Shown piece after piece: positions 9,326-17,871 of a stretch of DNA of 60,398 nucleotides. The translations under genes and the position numbers were made by a program. The notes under the pieces are model-generated. The model was given only the letters and a program-made list of their open reading frames with translations, was not told the DNA's origin and made no database searches. The DNA is from a virus: UHGV virus genome UHGV-1361177, one strand, 5' to 3'. Every line of letters starts with the position of its first letter. Position 1 is the stretch's first letter.

Positions 9326-9769
9326 TCATTTTGACTCATTGTAGGACACTTTGTCACCTAAATACTTATTCCCGTACATATTTTCAAAAACAGCCAATGC
9401 ATTGTAATAAATCCTTTTGACTTGTTTAAGCGAAATATCACCTCTAAGTCGAATGGTTTTTAAATCCTTATCCAAAATAAACTTCTGACACAGAACATCA
9501 TACATATTCGTATCTGGAATGCTTTCAATTTCTTGAACAATCTCATATCGCTTATCAATAATATTGTCAACTTCACGTTCCATATCTACAATTTTGGAAA
9601 CATATGAACTAATTTTGTCAGGATTCTTCGAGGTCTGTATTCTATCACCATTACTCTGAACAGCCGATGTGCTGTAGATAATAGACCTTAGATTTTCAAC
9701 TTCCTTTAATTTATTTTCAATCATTCGATTATATCTTACTACTAAAGATAAATACTCTCTCGTTTCCAT
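9326..9769 (-). CDS. putative HTH or sigma-70 region-4-like regulator
   Basis: 147 aa. The C-terminal LKTIRLRGDISLKQVKRIYYNALAV is HTH-like. It sits unusually between terL and the portal gene. Confidence 0.3.
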   Translation of the reverse strand: METREYLSLVVRYNRMIENKLKEVENLRSIIYSTSAVQSNGDRIQTSKNPDKISSYVSKIVDMEREVDNIIDKRYEIVQEIESIPDTNMYDVLCQKFILDKDLKTIRLRGDISLKQVKRIYYNALAVFENMYGNKYLGDKVSYNESK

Positions 9770-11547
9770 TATCCAAACCTCCTAAACGGATTTATTACTG
9801 CTTCAACCTTTGCTGTCCTGTTCCCTTGCGTAATCCTAAGCGCAAAGTTTGAGAATACATCTGGAACATCGTCTAATTGCTTCTTTCCAGATACAGAATA
9901 TTGCTTAAGCAACGTCATCATCACACCATATGGTTCTTTCGGTGTATACTTTGACGCATCTTTGAATATCACATGTTGTAATATCCAGTTTGAGCACTGG
10001 AAGATACGTGCTTCTTTGTTAGTTTCAGTAGGGACATCAGTGATATTACAAATCCATCCCTTTGCTTCTACTCGCTTATTGACTTCCATTGCTACACGGT
10101 CACCACCAGCATTTCTCTCAAATTCGCACTCAATAACCTCGTTATTGACAAGCATATTTGCCGCATTTTCATACTGCATTTCATAATCTGCTGTATTGTC
10201 GCACACGGCATCCACACAATAATAATCTTCACCAAATTTTTGGAATACTGGCATAACAAAATAATCAGTTCCCTTACCCTTGGTATCGCACTGAGCTGTG
10301 ACAATCTCAGGTACACCATGTGGCAGATTCAAATATCGCCTGATTTTATCTTCTGGGAATAACAGGCCCTCACGTTCAATAGGCTCCTGCTTATACAGAC
10401 ATTTGTATGAAATATCATCCATCAATAATTGTTGGTCTGCAAAGAACTCCTCGTCAAAGCCTGAGAATTCATAATCAAAATTGCTCTTTCCAGTAACCGG
10501 ATCAACATCAGGAACAGCAATTACCTTTACCCTCGGATTACCTTCATACATTTTTTGGATACGCCCTATGACATCCTGGACACTCCATCTGGTTGCAATG
10601 TGTATTTCCTTACAATTCTTACCATCAGTATCTTTGATTTTTCTTTGGCGTGCATCTACGGAATACTTACTCCACAACTTTTCAAGTATAGCCGGATTCA
10701 ATGCTTCCTCGATACCGCCAATCATATCATCAACCAGCAGAAACTTAGAAGCACGGACTTTACCCGCATTTTTGCTTCCTACTGATGTGCACTGCACAGA
10801 TGGGAACGGCTTATATTTTCCTACGTTGAACTGTTCTGTCTTTGCATTTGTACTTGTCACATACAAATCAGGGAAAATCTCATTCCATGCATATTCGTCT
10901 GAATTAGTAACTATATCATATATACCGTCATAGTACATTCTGGTAATATCACCGCTATGGGAATAAAACAAATTGAAGTCTTTCGGATACCAGCCAATTA
11001 CTGCAGCATTGAAGAATTTTTCGATGGTCGTTTTCCCAGCGCCCGGAATAAGGCTAATGCACAAAATGTCGTACTTGTCATCAATCATACCCTGTAAAGC
11101 ATCCACAAGACCGATTTTAAGTAGCTGTTTGCGCCTAGGCATATAAAACCGCTCTTTCGGTTCTCTTTTGTGCTCTATATACCTGAAAAAGCTGTCAATC
11201 ACTTTATGTTGAGCTTCCAAAAGCAAAACCGAATAAAAACAGTCTATCAGCTCCAATATGGTTTTATTGGTTGTCTTATGCTCAAATGCATATTTTTCCA
11301 ATTCCCATATAGCACCACCTGTCTGTTCTAAACAATAACGCTCCGTCAGCTCCTTTGATCGCTTTGCAAGTTGTAATCCATAATAAATATCATTTTCACC
11401 ATTAATAGCCACTGCACAAGCCTTTGCGTATGCCTGAACACCCCGCCAATCGACACCGTTAGCCTGTATGTAATTTTCATATTCCCTGATTGTTTGCTTC
11501 AAATTTTCGGAAGCCAAAAGGAAAGCACCCCCACTTTCAAAAAGCAA
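9769..11547 (-). CDS. terL: terminase large subunit
   Basis: Walker A LIPGAGKTT, a Walker B-like motif FLLVDDMIGG, a HIATRW segment and a C-terminal nuclease-like Asp-rich region. The annotated start is TTG with a ~126 aa N-terminal extension; an internal MPRRKQLLK start is possible. Confidence 0.8.
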   Translation of the reverse strand: MLFESGGAFLLASENLKQTIREYENYIQANGVDWRGVQAYAKACAVAINGENDIYYGLQLAKRSKELTERYCLEQTGGAIWELEKYAFEHKTTNKTILELIDCFYSVLLLEAQHKVIDSFFRYIEHKREPKERFYMPRRKQLLKIGLVDALQGMIDDKYDILCISLIPGAGKTTIEKFFNAAVIGWYPKDFNLFYSHSGDITRMYYDGIYDIVTNSDEYAWNEIFPDLYVTSTNAKTEQFNVGKYKPFPSVQCTSVGSKNAGKVRASKFLLVDDMIGGIEEALNPAILEKLWSKYSVDARQRKIKDTDGKNCKEIHIATRWSVQDVIGRIQKMYEGNPRVKVIAVPDVDPVTGKSNFDYEFSGFDEEFFADQQLLMDDISYKCLYKQEPIEREGLLFPEDKIRRYLNLPHGVPEIVTAQCDTKGKGTDYFVMPVFQKFGEDYYCVDAVCDNTADYEMQYENAANMLVNNEVIECEFERNAGGDRVAMEVNKRVEAKGWICNITDVPTETNKEARIFQCSNWILQHVIFKDASKYTPKEPYGVMMTLLKQYSVSGKKQLDDVPDVFSNFALRITQGNRTAKVEAVINPFRRFG

Positions 11548-11657
11548 AGGTGCTTGTAGTACCTCTGCCTATAATTTTTCTAGGTTACCGGCTGAACCTG
11601 CATTCAGTCGGTAAAGTTACAATGTAAAAGAGGATCAGTAAAAACTGAACATTCAAA

Positions 11658-11954
11658 ATGAAATATGAGCTATATAGTAATTTAAGCGATAAACAAGATA
11701 AGGTCCCTCAACCTTTATATCTTCAAGATATTAATATTAACGATTGGAATAATGTTTCTGCACAAGGTTGGTATTCTGGGTATAATTCCCAAAATGCACC
11801 TACGTCAGGTTGGGTGTGTGCTATTAATATACCATACAATGGTGATAAAGATTACTCATGCTTAATTGCAACCAATGGAATGTCTTTGTACACACGATGT
11901 AGAGACGGAAGTACAAAGACATGGACAGCCTGGCGAGAATTTGCTACAAAATGA
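11658..11954 (+). CDS. small protein resembling a pyocin-knob / receptor-binding knob domain
   Basis: AQGWYSGYNSQNAPTSGWVCAINIPYNGD...TKTWTAWREF. Weak RBS. One of the few plus-strand genes. Confidence 0.35.
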   Translation: MKYELYSNLSDKQDKVPQPLYLQDININDWNNVSAQGWYSGYNSQNAPTSGWVCAINIPYNGDKDYSCLIATNGMSLYTRCRDGSTKTWTAWREFATK

Positions 11955-11983
11955 TCATACTGTTTTGCATCTGCTTAGTTAAT

Positions 11984-12517
11984 TCAATGCGTTAGTTCCA
12001 ATTTAACATAAATCACATTAAGTTCGATCCCACTTGAAATTAATGGTGTTTTTGCAAAAAATTGACCACTGTACGGATTATATTGAATGCGGGCGTATGT
12101 CTGCATACTACTTGTTGGGTATATCACCCAAGCAAATATTGGTGTATAACCAGATTTTGCTTGAATGTTACACAATCCATCACTATCTGTTGTCAGGTTT
12201 CTATAATATGTTTTTATGATTTTACTTGTTAAATTACTATATAGCGTATTAATAGCGCTAATTGCATTAGGTGCATCTGATGGTAATTCACCTGTGCCAA
12301 GTTTTTCTTGAAGAGCGTATACCGCAGCCATGCTTGCGATTTTTTCTGGGTCATTCACGATATTGGAAACTACGGCATTCGCAATTTGATTTATTGCTTC
12401 TGAGTTACTTGCAATGCCATTTTCAATGTGGTTCAAACGGTCAGCATTAAGCGGTGTACTCTTATCTGGTCTATCGTGCCAATATTGTTTTACATATTTT
12501 ACGAAATCACTTAGCAT
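11984..12517 (-). CDS. tail-fiber N-terminal-like protein (orphan, outside the tail module)
   Basis: The N-terminal motif KSTPLNADRLNHIENGIAS resembles phage tail fiber N-termini. 177 aa, convergent with the knob-like ORF. Confidence 0.4.
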   Translation of the reverse strand: MLSDFVKYVKQYWHDRPDKSTPLNADRLNHIENGIASNSEAINQIANAVVSNIVNDPEKIASMAAVYALQEKLGTGELPSDAPNAISAINTLYSNLTSKIIKTYYRNLTTDSDGLCNIQAKSGYTPIFAWVIYPTSSMQTYARIQYNPYSGQFFAKTPLISSGIELNVIYVKLELTH

Positions 12518-12550
12518 TGCTATTCACTCCTCAAAAATCAATTTTCAAAA

Positions 12551-12623
12551 TCGGAACACTTGGAATCGAACCAAGGCACATGGCTTATAAGGCCACCGCT
12601 CTAACCGGCTGAGCTATGTTCCG
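12551..12623 (-). tRNA. tRNA-Ile (anticodon UAU, hand-folded)
   Basis: Cloverleaf: acceptor CGGAACA/TGTTCCG, D-arm GCTC-AGCCGGTTA-GAGC, anticodon stem GTGGC/GCCAT with loop CTTATAA, T-arm CTTGG-TTCGATT-CCAAG. 73 nt. Confidence 0.55.
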
Positions 12624-12921
12624 TTTTTGATGCGGTGCCGATGTTAGGCAGTGTATATCACGATATAAGCTTTGCGCAAAGCCATTATCTATATACCCAG
12701 CTCTCAACATCAGCATTGTCAATCTCTCTGAGACGGTCCGCATACGCTCAGTTCAGTTGGGAGCTACCCAACAGTATATCCTTTATAAACCACGCTTTTT
12801 GTACTTCCAGGATATAATCTGTGAGTCCCGGACTAGCTCATATCACCGGCATGTCTTTTCTCTACTCACAGACAAGTTATTCACAGCATCAACATGAGCT
12901 TGTTGTGCTGTATCATGGAAA

Positions 12922-13011
12922 TGGGGAAGAGAGGAATTGAACCTCCAATGTTTACCGCGTGGGAACTGATTTACAGTCAGCCGCAACACCGCCAATCGTT
13001 GCCGCTTCCCC
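12922..13011 (-). tRNA. tRNA-Tyr (anticodon GUA, class II with long variable arm)
   Basis: Acceptor GGGGAAG/CTTCCCC, anticodon loop CTGTAAA, long variable arm, T-arm GGAGG-TTCAATT-CCTCT. 90 nt. Confidence 0.55.
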
Positions 13012-13288
13012 AAACTGCATATGCCCCGTGAAAGCATTCTAGGTGATATGCAAGCACCTGACGGCCTTGTACGTGACCGCCGAACGGATTTTAACGTCTT
13101 TACTGACCTTAACCTTATTGCGAGGAGAAGGATTCTGCTGCCTATGACAGTTGCGTTGGCGCACAGGTTGATTTTCACAAATCCCACCGGACCTTGTGAC
13201 GGTCCTTTAATCAGCTTTCCGCTAGTGGGTCAGGGAGGATACCTATATGAAAACACATACAGATATTGGGGCCCTTGCCATACCCCAG

Positions 13289-13361
13289 CTAGGCTACCGG
13301 GATTCGAACCCGGGCATCCAGGAGTCAAAGTCCTGTGCCTTAACCGCTTGGCTATAGCCCA
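13289..13361 (-). tRNA. tRNA-Gln (anticodon UUG)
   Basis: TGGGCTATAGCCAAGCGGTTAAGGCACAGGACTTTGACTCCTGGATGCCCGGGTTCGAATCCCGGTAGCCTAG. U1-A72 as in bacterial tRNA-Gln; T-loop TTCGAAT. Confidence 0.7.
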
Positions 13362-13496
13362 TCATTTTTCCGCCGTTCTTCATGGCCTATCTGACAGCGA
13401 ATCATTTGCACAATATTTTCTCTTTCGCGCCCTATTCCATGCCCTTGCCTGCACAACTCACAGATAAGGATTTCTCCGCAGTATTGACATTCATCG

Positions 13497-13928
13497 TTAA
13501 TCTGCTTGTTGCCTATCTTCATTTTTGGCCTCTTCCAGTTCAATATATTTTTTCAAATACCAGTCAGCTTTCTTGATGTCTTCAATGCCACTCTTACGTT
13601 TGTGCCGATACAGATATTTGAATGCGTTGCATATGTAGAAGTTCTTTACAGCCTCAGTGCCTTGTGTTTCCAGCATGACATCGATACATTCAAACTTACC
13701 AGTTTCATAATGTCCAGGATGATTAATTGAATCGATTTCAGAAAAATCCATGTGGACTTCTGTATATGCAAACGGAAGTTCTTCAATTGCATCAGGTCCA
13801 TATACATCGCATTCATCTATTGCTTCAATAAACCGATCGTAATTATCACTGCTACTGTTCCCGCAGACTAACTTATCATTACATTTGAAAAGCTTAGGGC
13901 ATCTCTCACATTCTTTCATTTTACTCAA
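13497..13928 (-). CDS. DUF3310-like phage protein (T7 gp1.7-like C-terminal region)
   Basis: C-terminal INHPGHYETGKFECIDVMLETQGTEAVKNFYICNAFKYLYRHKRK with an HPxHY-type motif; N-terminal CxxC pairs. Confidence 0.45.
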   Translation of the reverse strand: MSKMKECERCPKLFKCNDKLVCGNSSSDNYDRFIEAIDECDVYGPDAIEELPFAYTEVHMDFSEIDSINHPGHYETGKFECIDVMLETQGTEAVKNFYICNAFKYLYRHKRKSGIEDIKKADWYLKKYIELEEAKNEDRQQAD

Positions 13929-14266
13929 ATGTCGCCCTCTTTTCTATGCAGGGATTTATCCGCCTCGAAACCATTTGGGTATCGTTCCCAGAGCTTACGA
14001 TTGTTTGTAATGGCAACGTTTTCTAGTGTTGTCCCCAGAGACTCAGCAATCAGGGCTAAATAATATAGCACGTCACCACACTCTTTGATGTAATGATCCC
14101 TGTCATGCGGATGACCTTGGAATAATTCCTTTTTAATCAGATCGGCAAGTTCACCTGATTCACCGGCCGCTCCTAAAATACCATTTAGCAGCATATTTTC
14201 CTTTGTGGCCGCTGTTACCCCGCTTGCAGTACGCAGGCAACCTTTCTGAAATTCATCAAATGTCAT
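13925..14266 (-). CDS. MazG-like nucleotide pyrophosphohydrolase
   Basis: LGAAGESGELADLIKK and ECGDVLYYLALIAESLG motifs typical of the MazG NTP-PPase domain. Confidence 0.75.
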   Translation of the reverse strand: MTFDEFQKGCLRTASGVTAATKENMLLNGILGAAGESGELADLIKKELFQGHPHDRDHYIKECGDVLYYLALIAESLGTTLENVAITNNRKLWERYPNGFEADKSLHRKEGDI

Positions 14267-14598
14267 TTTGTGTTCTCCTTTTCCGTTTCAAACCGAACGC
14301 CACCATATGTCCATAAATCTTCTACCATGGAATCCATTGATACTTTTCCTGCCTCATACTGTTCGTATAGGTCTAAAACCTTTTGAACAAATCCAGGACA
14401 TCTTTTCTCTGCTGATCTAGGCCAATAATCTTTTGCCAAGACCTCCAGAGGAATTGTCAGCATCAATTTCATTGCCTCTGCTATCGCTTCTTCATAAGCC
14501 ACTTGCTTTAACTGTTCTATCTGCGATTGCGTCAGCGTATATGTATTTTGCTTTCTTTGCTCAGCCTTTTGCATTCTACGCATTTCAGCTCTTCCCAT
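14263..14598 (-). CDS. hypothetical phage protein
   Basis: 111 aa ORF, translationally coupled to mazG. Confidence 0.4.
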   Translation of the reverse strand: MGRAEMRRMQKAEQRKQNTYTLTQSQIEQLKQVAYEEAIAEAMKLMLTIPLEVLAKDYWPRSAEKRCPGFVQKVLDLYEQYEAGKVSMDSMVEDLWTYGGVRFETEKENTK

Positions 14599-14620
14599 CC
14601 AACCATCTCCCGTATATTTG

Positions 14621-14782
14621 CTATTTTCGCTTTAGTCTAAAATACTCAGATACCGCCTGTCTAACTATCTGTGATACGCTCTTTCCTGTTCGGTTCTTTT
14701 CCTCAAACAGCCTATTTGCCATATCATCATCAAGCCTAATCCTTAATGCCTGACCTTTTAAAACTACTCTACGACTACTCAT
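14621..14782 (-). CDS. small ribbon-helix-helix (CopG/Arc-like) protein
   Basis: MSSRRVVLKGQALRIRLDDDMANRLFEEKNRTGKSVSQIVRQAVSEYFRLKRK. Not in the ORF track because it is under 60 aa. Confidence 0.45.
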   Translation of the reverse strand: MSSRRVVLKGQALRIRLDDDMANRLFEEKNRTGKSVSQIVRQAVSEYFRLKRK

Positions 14783-15037
14783 TTGGTATCATCCCTTTGT
14801 GTTTTATATTATTTTATCGGCATAGAAGCTGTATCTATACAGTTTATCGGATTATCCTATCTATGCCAGGAGAGTGCCTTTTTGTTTTTGGCGGTTATTT
14901 GAGGGACTTAGTAGGCCCGTCTTCGGGCATCTCCCAGACCCCCACCCCGGTGCCCCTGGGAGCTAATCCGTTGGTATTTCTGTAACTATTCGTTAAAGAG
15001 ATGTTTCACGAATAGTTAAATGCTATATTTTGTGGTT

Positions 15038-15793
15038 TTATTCGTTATTTGCACAAGATATAGAATCATCCCCATTGTTTTCCACTTTTGTGGATAACTT
15101 TGGGAGTGCTTCGGCTGTAAGCGCTTGTTTTGGCGGCTCAATATGTACCGGAGCAGTCTCCACTAGACCATCAACAGCTTTGCAGAGGAAGATATAACCA
15201 ACATTGCCAGCTGCGGCCCCTTTGTAGCGTCCTAACCTGCATTCATTCTGCCATTTTCGGACGGTGTCGGCCCTCGAACAACTAAGTTTAGAACACCAAT
15301 CACTACTCCTATACTCACCAGAAGCCCATGAATATAATATATCTCTTGAGCATCCAATCAATAACGCAAACTCTTCTAATACAGGCTTTTGATCATATTT
15401 ATAAGCTATATCTATATACATATCCCATATATCATCTAAAAGATTAATATCGTCATATATAGCCCTAGTAAATCCCATTTTTTTATTAATATATCTTATA
15501 AGACCTGTAAACGTACTGGAGGATAGTTTATATAAGTTTTCTGGGTGTGGTAAACTGTCCTCATACTCCTGAGCATATATATGCATATCATCTGGGTATA
15601 TTTCAATACCTGCATCTGTGCTGACTGCATTAGTTTTTTTTGTAGATCTGCTCACTGTATCACCTCCAGAAAAGAATATAAAAAACGCCCACAGACAGAA
15701 CCGATATAGATCCCATCTGTGAGCGTGTAGCCTCGAATTTTGCCGTCCTTGCTCCTGCTGCCTATCCTGATCCGAGTTGTGCGCCCTTCTCAC
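15038..15793 (-). CDS. putative DNA-binding protein; weak terminase small subunit candidate
   Basis: HTH-like LEEFALLIGCSRDILYSWASGE. Start uncertain. Lies between the ori-like repeat block and mazG, but 3.5 kb from terL. Confidence 0.3.
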   Translation of the reverse strand: MRRAHNSDQDRQQEQGRQNSRLHAHRWDLYRFCLWAFFIFFSGGDTVSRSTKKTNAVSTDAGIEIYPDDMHIYAQEYEDSLPHPENLYKLSSSTFTGLIRYINKKMGFTRAIYDDINLLDDIWDMYIDIAYKYDQKPVLEEFALLIGCSRDILYSWASGEYRSSDWCSKLSCSRADTVRKWQNECRLGRYKGAAAGNVGYIFLCKAVDGLVETAPVHIEPPKQALTAEALPKLSTKVENNGDDSISCANNE

Positions 15794-15879
15794 GGCTCCA
15801 GGGCAACCCTACAAGACTCAGCTATATTGTACATAAAGCATACATCAGATTTTTTTATCTGTCAAGCATATACATTATG

Positions 15880-16420
15880 TCATTTTTACAGATACCCCAG
15901 ACCCTTATATAATATATATATATTAATAATTATCGTTGATTATATTAAAAATAAAATATATAAAAAAATTAATATAATAATTAAATTCGCCAAAGGGATT
16001 AAAAGAGATAAAAGGATATAGAATAATAATAGGGGGTATGGGGGAAAGAAGAAGGAAAAAGGGAAGAAGAGAGATTAAGGGGAAGGACACATTTTTACAC
16101 GCATTGTTTGCTTGCTGATCTGCTCAACTTTCCCGGCCGCCCGGGTCCGGTCCGGTTGCGATCTTCGTAGCACTGGAAAACCTAGGATTTGCGCTGGTTT
16201 CCGGGATTTATGAAAGTTGCCCGGCGCAGCTCCTGAAAATGTCCTCAAAGCGTAAAAATAGACGGTATGAACACAGGGTGAACCAGAAAGCGAACTAACA
16301 CATGAACCACCAGACAAACCAGCAAAAACCCAGTAAATACAAGGCTTTTCGAGCATATGAGAATATCAGGCGAACCAACTAACGAACCAGTAAACGGACA
16401 CCCAGACGAACCAACAAGAC
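15880..16420. repeat. compositionally extreme block: ~150 nt of near-pure A/T, then a purine-rich G tract, then GC-rich DNA with at least 6 copies of (G/A)AACCA iterons
   Basis: Seen directly: tatatatattaataattatcg...; gggggtatgggggaaagaagaaggaaaaagggaagaagagag; gtgaaccag..catgaaccacc..gacaaaccag..ggcgaaccaact..aacgaaccagt..agacgaaccaac. Confidence 0.5.
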
Positions 16421-16422
16421 AC

Positions 16423-16473
16423 AAAAAAGGGGCCATATTCGACCCCTTTTCATGTGGGACGGTTGCCCGTCCC
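16423..16473. terminator. two adjacent GC hairpins with flanking T/A tracts (bidirectional terminator-like)
   Basis: aaaaaaGGGGccatattcgaCCCCtttt followed by GGGACGGttgcCCGTCCC. Confidence 0.4.
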
Positions 16474-16477
16474 GGTG

Positions 16478-16633
16478 GTTTAGTCCTCTAACGTGCTTTG
16501 CAAGTTGTCCAGAATTTTCTGGATCCGCTCATCTTTCTTTTCGGTGTCCTGTTCTTCCTTGGCTTCTCTTAACCCATCAATCAGGAATCGAATAAAACCG
16601 TTAAACTGCTTGTCTGTCATTCCCATGTCTTGC
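16478..16633 (-). CDS. small hypothetical protein (51 aa)
   Basis: AAAGGAAGG RBS then ATG. MQDMGMTDKQFNGFIRFLIDGLREAKEEQD... Confidence 0.3.
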
Positions 16634-16689
16634 ATCTTTTACCTTCCTTTCCGGCATTCGCCTATTGTCTTTCGACAATGTTATTATAA

Positions 16690-17100
16690 TGTATTTGTGC
16701 CTAATTGTCAATATATTTTATCGGTGTATTTGTGCTTAATTTTCTTTTGCTTTCTTCCGTTCGATCTTCTCTAATTCTTTTAAGACGGTTTCCTTTATAA
16801 AGGCATTGCAACTCATTCCCGTTAATTCCTTTATTTTTTCTTTAGTGCCTAAAGGAAATTGACAGTTTACGCGATCTACTGTTTTCATAAAGTCCGCAAC
16901 CGCTTTTCTTCTCTGTTCTTTCTGCTTCTCTGTGTACTCTGGCATCTCAATAAAACTCCTTCCGTTTTTCTTCATTATATTATGTTTGTGCCTAACTGTC
17001 AATGCATATTTGTGCCTTATGCATTTTGTACAATTTTCAGTTTATATTAGCACCTAATATTTGTTTATTATTCTGGGTTGTATTTGTGCCTAATTCTGTT
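16690..17100. repeat. iteron-like TTTGTGCCTAA(T/C)TGTCAAT repeats, at least 5 copies, flanking and overlapping the RHH gene start
   Basis: tatttgtgcctaattgtcaatatatt, gtatttgtgcttaatttt, tatgtttgtgcctaactgtcaatgcatatttgtgccttatgc, gtatttgtgcctaattctg. Confidence 0.5.
16736..17002 (-). CDS. ribbon-helix-helix-like DNA-binding protein (Arc/MetJ-like)
   Basis: VNCQFPLGTKEKIKELTGMSCNAFIKETVLKELEKIE gives a beta-alpha-alpha pattern. No clear SD, and the start region overlaps the repeats. Confidence 0.4.
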   Translation of the reverse strand: MTVRHKHNIMKKNGRSFIEMPEYTEKQKEQRRKAVADFMKTVDRVNCQFPLGTKEKIKELTGMSCNAFIKETVLKELEKIERKKAKEN

Positions 17101-17155
17101 ATAATATAGCCATAAGGAACAGCAAACAGGCCACAGAGAAAAGGAGATACAAACC

Positions 17156-17290
17156 ATGAGAAAATACACAGTAGAAAACAGAAGTAAGTACACTGAGTTA
17201 ATCACATTTGACGAGCTTAACAGCAAGGGCGAAAAGATCCAGCTTGAAATTATCAAATGCACAAATCCGGGCGGAACTTGTAGAAACTGA
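17156..17290 (+). CDS. small hypothetical protein (44 aa)
   Basis: Strong RBS AAAGGAGATACAAACC then ATG. MRKYTVENRSKYTELITFDELNSKGEKIQLEIIKCTNPGGTCRN. Confidence 0.4.
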   Translation: MRKYTVENRSKYTELITFDELNSKGEKIQLEIIKCTNPGGTCRN

Positions 17291-17386
17291 ATAATTAAGA
17301 CGCCGCAGAGGATGCAAGCCCGGCCAGATACCGGGCGGCGGTGTTTATCTCCCAGCTCCCAGGGTGAAAGGGAAGAAAGAAAACAT

Positions 17387-17752
17387 ATGAAAAAATTTGA
17401 ACTGTTTATGTGCTGTCAGGATAACGGACTGGCTGTATATAACAAAGCCGTTTCAGAAAACGGCGATTATAAGCAGATCGCGCATATTGCTAATTGCGGG
17501 AAAATTACTTGGTATGTAAATCCGTCAACATATGTTCCCAGATCCGATCTATTAAGGATTGAACACACCGCAGACACAGCACGCGCAAACTGGAAAAAAT
17601 GGCTTGACAATATGCCAGAATTTGAACGCTTATACAGGCTTTACAATATGGTTCCTATTGACGTGTATTTATATGTCAGCGGCTTAGACCTGGAAACCTG
17701 TCAGAAAATAGAATATCTGAAAAATGTAGTTTATCAGAAATCAACGTTTTAA
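17387..17752 (+). CDS. hypothetical protein
   Basis: The MKKFELFMCCQDNGLAVYNK... start sits inside the longer 17312 ORF. Confidence 0.4.
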   Translation: MKKFELFMCCQDNGLAVYNKAVSENGDYKQIAHIANCGKITWYVNPSTYVPRSDLLRIEHTADTARANWKKWLDNMPEFERLYRLYNMVPIDVYLYVSGLDLETCQKIEYLKNVVYQKSTF

Positions 17753-17764
17753 GGAGGGCGAACC

Positions 17765-17845
17765 ATGTTAGATTTTTTACTTGCAATGTGTATATTTTTA
17801 GGCGGCTATATGTGCCGCGTAGCTGCTGAGGATACAGAAGAATAA
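17765..17845 (+). CDS. small hydrophobic peptide (26 aa)
   Basis: AAGGAGGGCGAACC then ATG. MLDFLLAMCIFLGGYMCRVAAEDTEE. Confidence 0.3.
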   Translation: MLDFLLAMCIFLGGYMCRVAAEDTEE

Positions 17846-17871
17846 TAAGGTAAAAATCCAAATCGCACCAA

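Noticed and set aside
10481-10933. Plus-strand ORFs (150 aa and 76 aa) inside terL
   Set aside because: Antisense to terL, no RBS.
11600-12000. Possible invertible host-range segment (shufflon-like) carrying the knob-like ORF
   Set aside because: I could not find flanking inverted repeats or a nearby invertase, so it is only reported as an orphan convergent gene pair.
12740-12780. Possible fourth, degenerate tRNA (D-arm-like GCTCAGTTCAGTTGGGAGC)
   Set aside because: No acceptor stem or T-arm could be paired by hand. Left for tRNAscan-SE.
12843-13467. ORFs of 114 and 148 aa in the tRNA spacer region
   Set aside because: They overlap the tRNA-Tyr and tRNA-Gln genes, lack an RBS, and sit in GC-rich non-coding spacers. 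They are more likely structured RNA or non-coding.
16075-16436. Minus-strand ORFs of 93 and 63 aa in the GC-rich GAACCA repeat block
   Set aside because: They run through iterated repeats and hairpins with no RBS. The amino-acid composition (Pro/Gly/Ser-rich) reflects the repeats.
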